DNA of 51,682 nt from a virus (Duplodnaviria; Caudoviricetes). A program made the translations under genes and the position numbers. This document shows, in pieces, positions 1-7,962 of the stretch; positions within the stretch are counted from its first letter, which is position 1, and each line of letters begins with the position of its first letter. The DNA lies in IMG/VR virus record IMGVR_UViG_3300020044_007591, positions 1-51,682 of that record. The stretch is one strand, 5' to 3'. The notes beneath the pieces are model-generated. The model made no database searches. It saw nothing but the letters and a program-made list of their open reading frames with translations, and was not told the origin of the DNA.

Positions 1-121
1 CAGCCAGAGCCGAACCACGCGATGAGCCTAGTCACTATGGCGCAAAATGTGTTGGAGGGGAAACATGATTGAAATACCACGCAGATCATTTCTCAAAGTC
101 TTGACTGGCATCATTGCCGCG
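1..121. repeat. Terminal direct repeat, copy 1 (circular assembly overlap)
   Basis: Bases 1-121 are identical to 51562-51682 and ORFs run through the junction. Confidence 0.95.
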
Positions 122-373
122 CCAGCAGTCATCAAAGCTGATCAGTTGATGCAGGTCAAAACAATTGTTCAGCCTGAGAGTTTGGTTAGATTGGTTGAAT
201 ATCAATATGATCACAATAAACAAACTGTAACGCGCAAAATCATAGCGCCTCTAAACAATATGGACGCATTCAAAAGAATTGTCATGGAAGGATTAAAAAA
301 TATCCCGACGGAGATTGATAGGCAATCATTGGACAGAATGTTTACCCCACAACGTAAGGGATTATTCTCATGA
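65..373 (+). CDS. Hypothetical protein with twin-arginine (Tat)-like N-terminus
   Basis: ATG at 65 after GGAGGGG; starts MIEIPRRSFLKVLTGIIAAPAVIKA (RRxFLK plus hydrophobic stretch). Confidence 0.7.
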   Translation: MIEIPRRSFLKVLTGIIAAPAVIKADQLMQVKTIVQPESLVRLVEYQYDHNKQTVTRKIIAPLNNMDAFKRIVMEGLKNIPTEIDRQSLDRMFTPQRKGLFS

Positions 374-711
374 TCGACATCAACAAAAAGTATCGCACCG
401 CTTGGGGTCAAGAGGTGCGCATTTATGCCGTCGATGGAGGCGGATATTGGCCCGTTCACGGAGCTATGAAAAATGGTCGTGATAATATTTGGGTGGTGAC
501 GTCTTGGGACGTAAACGGAAAATATCATTACCCAGAATGTGATCTTATCGAAACCAAACCGCGCATCAAGGAAACTGTATGGATCAATATTTACGATGGT
601 TACAAGTCAATCAGTTCTACTGAAAAGATTGCTGAAGATAGAGCCGATTGTGGCATTATTGCTCGTGTGAAAGTGGATATAGACGTTGAAGAGGGGCATG
701 GCCTTACTTAA
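370..711 (+). CDS. Hypothetical phage protein
   Basis: 113-aa ORF with ATGA overlap to the upstream gene; KKYRT..G.EVRIYAVD start resembles small phage proteins. Confidence 0.75.
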   Translation: MIDINKKYRTAWGQEVRIYAVDGGGYWPVHGAMKNGRDNIWVVTSWDVNGKYHYPECDLIETKPRIKETVWINIYDGYKSISSTEKIAEDRADCGIIARVKVDIDVEEGHGLT

Positions 712-757
712 CGATCATGCCAAATTGTTAAATAGCAGCATGTGCTAATTAAAGGGG

Positions 758-1009
758 ATGAAGATGACTGATGATCTTGTGAAGCGGCTGCAAGACTACC
801 TTGATTGTCGTCCTTGGGCAGCAGGCCGTACATTTGACCCTACGCATCCAGAGTGTCTGATTGCACAAGCAAAAGACCGCATTGAGCAGTTGGAGGCGGC
901 GCTATTCAGCATTTATGTTGCGCCAAATGATCAGCCATTCATCAAGTCTCAAATTGAGTCCGTACTTGATGTTAATGAGTGTCGTCAAAAATGGGTGGGA
1001 GAAAAATGA
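758..1009 (+). CDS. Hypothetical phage protein
   Basis: MTDDLVKRL start and A.DRIEQLEAAL coiled segment, typical of small phage accessory proteins. Confidence 0.7.
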   Translation: MKMTDDLVKRLQDYLDCRPWAAGRTFDPTHPECLIAQAKDRIEQLEAALFSIYVAPNDQPFIKSQIESVLDVNECRQKWVGEK

Positions 1010-1215
1010 TCAACCCTAATCTTCAAAAGATGCTCATTGCGGCGGAGGGCATCGAGGCGCCAGAGCTGATGACGATCTTGGCGCTTCTGATGGCGCACAA
1101 CATTTATGAAAATGTTGACCCGCCTAAAAGGCCAAAAGCTCTTAGGATGCAAGAATCTGCGATAAGAAGTTTATTAAGAAATTTAGAAAACGCAGAAAAT
1201 TCAACAGAACATTAA
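1006..1215 (+). CDS. Hypothetical protein
   Basis: ATG at 1006 overlaps the upstream stop (ATGA), with GGGAG upstream. Confidence 0.6.
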   Translation: MINPNLQKMLIAAEGIEAPELMTILALLMAHNIYENVDPPKRPKALRMQESAIRSLLRNLENAENSTEH

Positions 1216-1224
1216 GGTCAAAAC

Positions 1225-1479
1225 ATGAAATTCGAATTGATCGTCAATTTACCAGTAAGAAGCAAAGACAATCGATCACCAGCTTTAATTCAAAGAATGG
1301 TGGTTGAGTGCAATGCAAAAAGTTTAAAAGAAATAACAAAAATCATATCAAATGAACCATTTATCATAGTAGAGGAGTTTTTTCCTGATGATTTTGGAAA
1401 CTGGAATAACCCTAAAAGCAACGGAGAAATAACAATCAACACAGATCTAATCGGAAAAGTAAGAGTTTGGATACCATAA
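1225..1479 (+). CDS. Hypothetical protein
   Basis: 84-aa ORF in the plus-strand operon, AAGG upstream. Confidence 0.65.
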   Translation: MKFELIVNLPVRSKDNRSPALIQRMVVECNAKSLKEITKIISNEPFIIVEEFFPDDFGNWNNPKSNGEITINTDLIGKVRVWIP

Positions 1480-1493
1480 CAAAGGAGCAAAAA

Positions 1494-1889
1494 ATGGAAT
1501 ACGCATCAATCATGCAAAATGCAGCAAAAACATATAATGAGCGCGGCGAGCAATATGGCGATCTTGAGGGCACTCACTACAGAATTGCTCAAATTGCCAG
1601 TCTGATCTTGGGCAGGCCCATTACGCCATATGATGTTGCAATGATCCTTCATGCTGTTAAACTAGGACGTTTACAGGAGGATCGATCCAACCCTGATAAT
1701 TATATCGATGGCATTAATTATTTTGCCTTTGCCGGATCTTTTATAACAGCGACTCAAGTAGAGGAAGATATTTCCGCCATAGCAAAGCGGTTTGCTCCAA
1801 TCAAAAGGACTGAAAATGAGACAAGTAACAGCAGCTATAATGGCAACAATGCTAACGGTTTCAAGCCTGATACCCCCAGTAATGGCTGA
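1494..1889 (+). CDS. DUF6378-like helical phage protein
   Basis: ERGEQYGD...IAQIASLILG..ITPYDVAMIL..VKLGR......DNYIDGINY pattern; AAGGAG RBS before ATG 1494. Confidence 0.7.
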   Translation: MEYASIMQNAAKTYNERGEQYGDLEGTHYRIAQIASLILGRPITPYDVAMILHAVKLGRLQEDRSNPDNYIDGINYFAFAGSFITATQVEEDISAIAKRFAPIKRTENETSNSSYNGNNANGFKPDTPSNG

Positions 1890-2433
1890 TGAAAGCGCGG
1901 CAGAGTATTTTGCCAAAGACCGCCTGTATTGGTCTAAGGGCTTAAAAGCCCCAGAAAGTGCAGCATGGTCCGGCGGCTTCAACGGAAGTCTCAATAAAAA
2001 GTCTAGCAAGATTGATGTAGCAAAGGCTGTTGCCGATGAAGCAAGATCAAAGTTAGGCTCAGATCACGTTGAAGATGCTTTGCGATTAACGCGCCTTGAG
2101 AGCGGGTTCCAATGTCACGTTCTTGGCCCTAAAACGCGCCACGGGCGGGCCATTGGCCCCCTTCAGGTCATACCAGCCAGCGCATTTGAACTTGGGATCA
2201 CCGCCGCTCAATTGAGCTCTGATTGCAAAGCTCAAATCACGGCTGGTGTTCTTCATATGCAAAAGTGCATCGACAGCGGCGCTAACACCTATAGCAAGAT
2301 GGCAGCGTGTCATGTTGCTGGCTGGCGGGGGTGGAACGTGCGGTTAAGCAAAAAAGCAGAAGCATACAAAAAGAAATACGTTAAAATGGCGCAAGCTTCT
2401 AGCGTTCCATCATGGGTAGGGAGCCTAAGATGA
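1816..2433 (+). CDS. SLT-family lytic transglycosylase with signal peptide
   Basis: Catalytic-Glu motif RLESGF, AIGPLQV (GxxQ) motif and AGV motif; N-terminal MRQVTAAIMATMLTVSSLIPPVMA resembles a Sec signal. Confidence 0.75.
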   Translation: MRQVTAAIMATMLTVSSLIPPVMADESAAEYFAKDRLYWSKGLKAPESAAWSGGFNGSLNKKSSKIDVAKAVADEARSKLGSDHVEDALRLTRLESGFQCHVLGPKTRHGRAIGPLQVIPASAFELGITAAQLSSDCKAQITAGVLHMQKCIDSGANTYSKMAACHVAGWRGWNVRLSKKAEAYKKKYVKMAQASSVPSWVGSLR

Positions 2434-2942
2434 GTAAAACTTTTAAACAGCTTTCAGACCAAGACAAAAAGATCTTGGATCTATGGGAAAATGGCCATTC
2501 CGCAACTGGAATAGGCAATCATTTTAATATGACCCGCAACGCTGTTATGGGGCGGGTTTACCGAGCCAGACAAGCGGGCATGTTAAAAGCCAAATACAAA
2601 ATAGATCCAGAAACAATAAAATCAAAGCCAAAAAAGACCAAAAAAACAAGCCAAAAATATGTAACTTTGAAGAAAAAAACCAAGCCTCTGCCGATCTTGC
2701 CAACTCTTGAACCATCTCCTGAATCAAAAAAGGAGCCGGTTGGGATTTTGGATCTTAAGCCTTCATCGTGTCGGTATATTGTAAATGATAATATATCAAA
2801 ACCGTTGTTTTGCGGATCTCCAAAAAAGATAAGATCATACTGCAAGCAACATGCTGATCTTTGTTATGTGCCATCAAATTGGAGGAAGAAATGGCCGATA
2901 GATTCGTTAGTAGTGGATGGCATTATACTTATGGCTGGTTAA
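2430..2942 (+). CDS. gcrA: GcrA cell-cycle regulator homologue
   Basis: N-terminal LW..G.SA..I......TRNAV.G...R HTH; C-terminal ILDL...CRY.V...FCG......YC..H motif. Confidence 0.85.
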   Translation: MSKTFKQLSDQDKKILDLWENGHSATGIGNHFNMTRNAVMGRVYRARQAGMLKAKYKIDPETIKSKPKKTKKTSQKYVTLKKKTKPLPILPTLEPSPESKKEPVGILDLKPSSCRYIVNDNISKPLFCGSPKKIRSYCKQHADLCYVPSNWRKKWPIDSLVVDGIILMAG

Positions 2943-3118
2943 GGCGACCTGAGCTCGATACTAACGGCTGGCATTGTTATGAAGACGGTGACGGAGATTT
3001 ATATCTTACGGATTATCCCGGTTCAGAAAAGCTACTTTTGCTTGAGTGTCGAGCGGATATTAAAACAAAAGAGAGGTATTTATGCTTCAGCAAATCCAAG
3101 AAAAATGTAAAGAAATGA
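2891..3118 (+). CDS. Hypothetical protein
   Basis: ATG 2891 after GGAGG; MADRFVSSGWHYTYGWLRRPELD. Confidence 0.65.
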   Translation: MADRFVSSGWHYTYGWLRRPELDTNGWHCYEDGDGDLYLTDYPGSEKLLLLECRADIKTKERYLCFSKSKKNVKK

Positions 3119-3528
3119 AAACAAAAGAAGATTTTGTTCAACACTACAAAGAAGTTCGAGCAAGATTGACGGGGCACCAACCAAAAGAAGAGCCAAAGAT
3201 TGAGATGATTCCGGTTATATTGGAATCAAATATAGAGAAACCTCAAGTTGCCCGTGTGACGGTAAAAAAAACAAAATCAAACATTTTGATTCATCACATT
3301 ATTGCCTCCGCTGGAATGACCAGAGAAGAAGTTTTTAGCGTATCTAAGAAAAGAAAGTTTGTGCTGTTAAGATTTAAAATATGGAATGAATTAAGCAAGT
3401 TTGGTTTTTCTTTATTTCAAATTGCTAAGTTCTGTAGGCCAGACAAGCCGTACGATCACGCAACAATTTTGAACGGCATAAGGCAACACAGGAAGATTCA
3501 TAAAAAGATGGAATGCGATTGCGAATAA
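3115..3528 (+). CDS. DnaA C-terminal (domain IV)-like HTH protein
   Basis: C-terminal R...W......FSLFQIAK......DHATILNGIRQ resembles the DnaA SL..IG..F..RDHTTV signature. Confidence 0.65.
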   Translation: MKTKEDFVQHYKEVRARLTGHQPKEEPKIEMIPVILESNIEKPQVARVTVKKTKSNILIHHIIASAGMTREEVFSVSKKRKFVLLRFKIWNELSKFGFSLFQIAKFCRPDKPYDHATILNGIRQHRKIHKKMECDCE

Positions 3529-3552
3529 AGCGGGGATTTACCCCGCTTTTTT
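3527..3552. terminator. Intrinsic terminator between convergent operons
   Basis: AAAGCGGGG-ATTTA-CCCCGCTTT followed by a T-run, lying between the plus-strand stop at 3528 and the minus-strand stop at 3551. Confidence 0.85.
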
Positions 3553-5581
3553 ATTTTCTATTTCTGATTTCTATAAGGGCTTCTTTATCGGCATCAGAAA
3601 GTTGCGGTATCCCGCTATCATCTTTTCCGCCGCTACCTGTGGGAGGTGCAATGGCGGATACGCCGGAAACAGCCATCAACTCATTACGGCCTTTCTTTCT
3701 AAAAGCATCAGCTGAGCTCTTAGAATAATCTTCAATTAATCTAACAGCAGCCCCAACGTCTTTTGGTTCTTTTGACAAAAGACGCTTTGTTAATTCAGCT
3801 GCGACCTCATCATTTAAACCGGGGTTAGCAATAGCAGTAGCAACATTATGGCTTAGTGATTTTGCACCGCCAAGCAAGTTTCCGCTTCCAGCCTGAATAA
3901 TGAAGTTTCCAACAGCGCCAGCGTTCTCAGTCAAGTTTGACTCGGCGCGTTCTTTTGCGCCTTTTTTAGTAGCCCCCATAATGTCTTTGGCATGGTCATG
4001 AAGCTCAACTTCGCGTTTCATTGCAGCTTTAAAAAGATCAAACTTTTCAGGGCTTTCAAATAGCGGAGCAAGTTTTGTTTCATTAAAATCGCCGCTGACT
4101 ACTTTTGCGACGCTAGAGCTTCCCTGTGCTGCTTTTTTGATTTTATCGTAAATATCTCTGGCAACGCCTGTTCTGGCGGCGGTTTTAGCAGCATCGCTTA
4201 AACCATTATAATATTGAGCAATCTCTTCATGATCCATGTTTTTAAAATTTTCTTTCCCTGCCGAGAAAGCATTGGTAATTTCTTTTTCATCTCCGTATTT
4301 CTTGCGTGTTTGAGCATATTTTGAAACGCCCGTCTTTGGGTCAATTGTTACCCTGTCAATTGTTGCAAGAAAAGGGTCTAGCACCTCTTTAAGAGCAGCA
4401 GCTTTAGCCTTGCTCATGCCATTTTGGCTTGAATAGGCAGAATCAATGTTGGCTTGAATCCCGCGCTTGAGATAATCCAGTGTTCTCACATCAGGAACAT
4501 CAACAAGTTTAAATGTAATCTCGCCTTTATCGTTTGTAACTGTTTGATAAAGCTCTTTTAACTTATACTTAGCCGCGTCTTCGCCACGAAGCTCAGCTGC
4601 CAAAGCCTCGGTTTCCGCAATCCCTTTGGCGGTTCTGAAAGCATTGGCAAAATCTGGATGATTTAGGACTTTGGCAATATCGGGGTGCTGAACATCGCCA
4701 AAAGAATATGCATCTTCATACCATTGGGGGGCATCAGAACGCAAGTTGGCAATAGTTTTTGCTTCATCGGTGTAATAATCACCGGCGCGAAGATCTTCTT
4801 TTACGCGCTGTTTAACTTTTCTTGGTTGCTGGTTGAGGGTGTTCTCAGCATCTTTCTGCAACTCACGCGAACCAGCCCTGCCCCGCCCTGCAAGCTTTTG
4901 AGCCAAGGCTCTTAGGTCGTCGCTAGAGTCCGCAAGAGATGACGTCATAACGCCAGCCCTGCGATCTTCAACAAGCCTTTCCATAAGTTGTTGAGGGGTT
5001 AACCCCGTGCCGCGAACTGCCCGCTCAAGAAGCTGTGCAGTTTTTCTTTCAACATTTGGAGCAAAATAATCTTTTATCGTATTCATTGTGCCGATAGCGG
5101 TTCTGTTAACAAGCGGGGTTGCGGCGCCAAAAGCTGTGCCAAAAACCCCATAGTTAGCCACTTCAGCCGGAACATCGCTTAATTCTTTAGCTGCGCCCAT
5201 TCCAGACGCAACGCCGGTTGTAAGGCCAGTTGCCATCGCACGCGCAGTTGGGCTTACCGCAAGCCTAGCAAGAGTGCCAGCACCTTTAGCCGCTGTGATA
5301 GGCGCAGAAGCCCCGCCAGTGAACGCCATAGGAGCAATGCCGCCAGCAAGTTCTAAAGCCGTAGATTCCATAGGGTAATCTTTGGCGTATTGTTCATTCT
5401 GTTTGCGGATCATATCCCTTGCGGATGTGTAATCTTCTTCACTAAGTTGAGACCGAAGATAAGCTTCAATCTCATCAGCGTTATTAAATGTTAACCCGCC
5501 AGCAACAGCTCTAGCGGGTCCATATCCGCGAGGCTCTGGAGGCTTTGGGAAGAAAAATTCTTGTGCATTTTCCTCAGCCAT
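3551..5581 (-). CDS. Internal virion / DNA ejection protein
   Basis: 676 aa, helical and Ala-rich; GLTFNNADEIEA start motif; last gene of the late block, as for podovirus ejection proteins. Confidence 0.6.
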   Translation of the reverse strand: MAEENAQEFFFPKPPEPRGYGPARAVAGGLTFNNADEIEAYLRSQLSEEDYTSARDMIRKQNEQYAKDYPMESTALELAGGIAPMAFTGGASAPITAAKGAGTLARLAVSPTARAMATGLTTGVASGMGAAKELSDVPAEVANYGVFGTAFGAATPLVNRTAIGTMNTIKDYFAPNVERKTAQLLERAVRGTGLTPQQLMERLVEDRRAGVMTSSLADSSDDLRALAQKLAGRGRAGSRELQKDAENTLNQQPRKVKQRVKEDLRAGDYYTDEAKTIANLRSDAPQWYEDAYSFGDVQHPDIAKVLNHPDFANAFRTAKGIAETEALAAELRGEDAAKYKLKELYQTVTNDKGEITFKLVDVPDVRTLDYLKRGIQANIDSAYSSQNGMSKAKAAALKEVLDPFLATIDRVTIDPKTGVSKYAQTRKKYGDEKEITNAFSAGKENFKNMDHEEIAQYYNGLSDAAKTAARTGVARDIYDKIKKAAQGSSSVAKVVSGDFNETKLAPLFESPEKFDLFKAAMKREVELHDHAKDIMGATKKGAKERAESNLTENAGAVGNFIIQAGSGNLLGGAKSLSHNVATAIANPGLNDEVAAELTKRLLSKEPKDVGAAVRLIEDYSKSSADAFRKKGRNELMAVSGVSAIAPPTGSGGKDDSGIPQLSDADKEALIEIRNRK

Positions 5582-7947
5582 TATTCAATCTCCTCAGATC
5601 TTTGACCATATTTACCACTAGAGACCAAATCAAATTCGTCTTTTGTCCGTTTAATATCTCTAAGCAATTTACTACGGGCATTAATGAGAATTTCATCTCT
5701 AGCTGTGGTAGAAGTCACATCCCCGCCCGCAATACTTTTTAAGAAAGCAAGATCTTTGTCACTAAAATTTCCTTTCATTAAGGCCGCGTTTTGAAGCGTA
5801 GCGCTATTAAGCGCCGACATCATAGCTTCAGTTGCCGTAACTCTAGGATCTGCTTTTCCAAATTTGTTTTTTAATCCAAACATAACTAATTTGTCTTTTC
5901 CGCTTCCGGTAAAAGCATTTTCGCTATGTTTGATCGCATTTTCAATTTGAATTAAAGCTTCATTGTAATTGTTAAGCTTGTTATCAATTCCAGCTTTAAG
6001 TGTTATAATTGCTGTTGGAAGATTCTTTTCATTTTTCGCCTTACGCGCATCTTCTGCTCTTTTAGACTCAATATCTTGAACTTCTTTATTTTCTTTAATT
6101 TTATTTAACCTGTTCATTTCAGCTTGAAACGCAGGTGTTCCGGGCTGAAAACCTCTATCAACCAGCTCTTTAGCTGTAGCAGATTGAGGTTCATTTTTCT
6201 TAAGCTCTGCCTCGTATTGTTTTGTAGCGAGTGCGCGGGCAGTAGTTTCACCTTCTTTGTGCTCTTCTTTAAGGTTTGCCAATTCATCCTTGGCAGTTTG
6301 AGCATCGATCTCACCGGTTTTAAGCAGCAATTGAAGTTTTGCTGCCGCAGCCGCTTTTTTGGCGTCAGTGGTGGACTTTTGAAAGTCAGCCAATTCTTTG
6401 GCTGCTAAAGCAAGATTCTCCATGATGCCGCCGGTTTTTGTCGGAGACGCTAAAGCGGCAGCCAGCCGAAAATACATTTCAGACTTAGACGGGGCGTTGT
6501 CGCCAGACTTTTCAGCTTGTTCTTTTAGCAGATCAATTAGTGACTTGTTCTTTTCAGCAACTTTTTGTTCAGCCGCAACAAGCTCTGGGGATCTTGGGCG
6601 TGGGGTATTATATTGGCGATATAGTTGCTCCAGTGTCATAGTTGCGGGCGAAACAGGCTTAACTGCTATAGTCTCTGCACCACCCCCATCGCCTTCTCCC
6701 ATGAGAGGAACTGGTCCTCTTGTCATGGGTGGTACGCCATTCCTCACAGCGCTTGCTTGAAGATCCTGAAGTCTTGCATCGCTCATTGGAACTGCTCCGC
6801 TTGGTGGCGAAACGCTATCATTAACTGGCGCCTTAACAGGGGGAGCCGCATCGGTAGTTGTATTGGTTTCGTTTTGTGCGTAAATAACCGGCAGCTCGGC
6901 AGGATTGTCGAGAGCGTATTTGTCGGCAAGGTCATTTATACCGCCATCAGTGCGATTGACTCCGCCGCCGTAAAAGTGCTTGACCTTGCCGCCATGAGAG
7001 AAAGAACTGTCTGGATTATTAGGGTCTGAATACCCAGCATTTTGGACAACCGAAACGCTATACGGATCTGTTGTATTTGTTAAATTTTGAGCTGTTTGCG
7101 CAGCCTGAGCCGTTTGCGCAGCATTCAATCCCAAATAACCCTGCATGTATTTCGCGACGTTATCGTTGGGGTTTTGACCAACGTATTCTTTAGCGCTGTT
7201 TGCAAAAGTAGAACTAAAGTTGGACGGGTTAACAGCTCCAGTATTGAGCTGGTTCATCCAATAATCATAGCCCGGCTGATCAATGTTGGTCGTGCCAGTG
7301 CCAATACCGCTGCGACCAATTCCTGAATAAGCAGAATTGATAAGAGACTGATAAACAGGGTTAACTGTTGGTTGATAATTTTTCATAACATTTGCTATGG
7401 AATTATCTGAGTTTTTATTGATGTAATCTTTGGCAGAAGAAGAAAACACCGCGTTAAAATCAGCCGGTGAAATTGCGCCAGTCTTTAACTGATTAGCCCA
7501 ATAATCATATCCGGCTTGATCAATATTATTAGCGCCCGCGCCAATTCCTGATCTTCCAACGCCAGCATACGCAGATTTTATAAGTGCGTCGTAATCAGGC
7601 GCTGTCTTGATATTTTTAACGTCCGTGATAGGCGACACAACCGTAGAATAATCAGGAGAAGTTAAAACAGCATCATATGAAGTTTTTTGCTGTGCTTTTG
7701 GCAAAATGTTCATATACGGACTAGAATACAAATCAGTTGAGGTTATGCGGTTTTTATAATCAGCCGTGTATTTATTATAAGCATCCTGATCAGCTTTATA
7801 CCGAGCAAGACCAGCCGCATTAGCTCCTTGCTGTTCAGGTGTTGCGTCAGCCGCAAGCGCAGCAGGAGATGCGTTGCCAGAGTAACCAGCAACCGTAGGT
7901 GTGCTGACCCCGTAAGATTTCATTAAACGATCAAGATTCGCGCCCAT
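5581..7947 (-). CDS. Internal virion protein with two DUF4214-like repeats and coiled coils
   Basis: 788 aa; duplicated Y..LI.SAY.G.GRSGIG.G..NIDQ.GYDYW.NQL.TGA unit; coiled-coil C-terminal half. Confidence 0.6.
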   Translation of the reverse strand: MGANLDRLMKSYGVSTPTVAGYSGNASPAALAADATPEQQGANAAGLARYKADQDAYNKYTADYKNRITSTDLYSSPYMNILPKAQQKTSYDAVLTSPDYSTVVSPITDVKNIKTAPDYDALIKSAYAGVGRSGIGAGANNIDQAGYDYWANQLKTGAISPADFNAVFSSSAKDYINKNSDNSIANVMKNYQPTVNPVYQSLINSAYSGIGRSGIGTGTTNIDQPGYDYWMNQLNTGAVNPSNFSSTFANSAKEYVGQNPNDNVAKYMQGYLGLNAAQTAQAAQTAQNLTNTTDPYSVSVVQNAGYSDPNNPDSSFSHGGKVKHFYGGGVNRTDGGINDLADKYALDNPAELPVIYAQNETNTTTDAAPPVKAPVNDSVSPPSGAVPMSDARLQDLQASAVRNGVPPMTRGPVPLMGEGDGGGAETIAVKPVSPATMTLEQLYRQYNTPRPRSPELVAAEQKVAEKNKSLIDLLKEQAEKSGDNAPSKSEMYFRLAAALASPTKTGGIMENLALAAKELADFQKSTTDAKKAAAAAKLQLLLKTGEIDAQTAKDELANLKEEHKEGETTARALATKQYEAELKKNEPQSATAKELVDRGFQPGTPAFQAEMNRLNKIKENKEVQDIESKRAEDARKAKNEKNLPTAIITLKAGIDNKLNNYNEALIQIENAIKHSENAFTGSGKDKLVMFGLKNKFGKADPRVTATEAMMSALNSATLQNAALMKGNFSDKDLAFLKSIAGGDVTSTTARDEILINARSKLLRDIKRTKDEFDLVSSGKYGQRSEEIE

Positions 7948-7962
7948 AATTGTTACCTTAAG

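Noticed and set aside
1-121. Biological terminal repeat
   Set aside because: It falls inside coding sequence and has a k-mer-like length, so assembler overlap is more likely.
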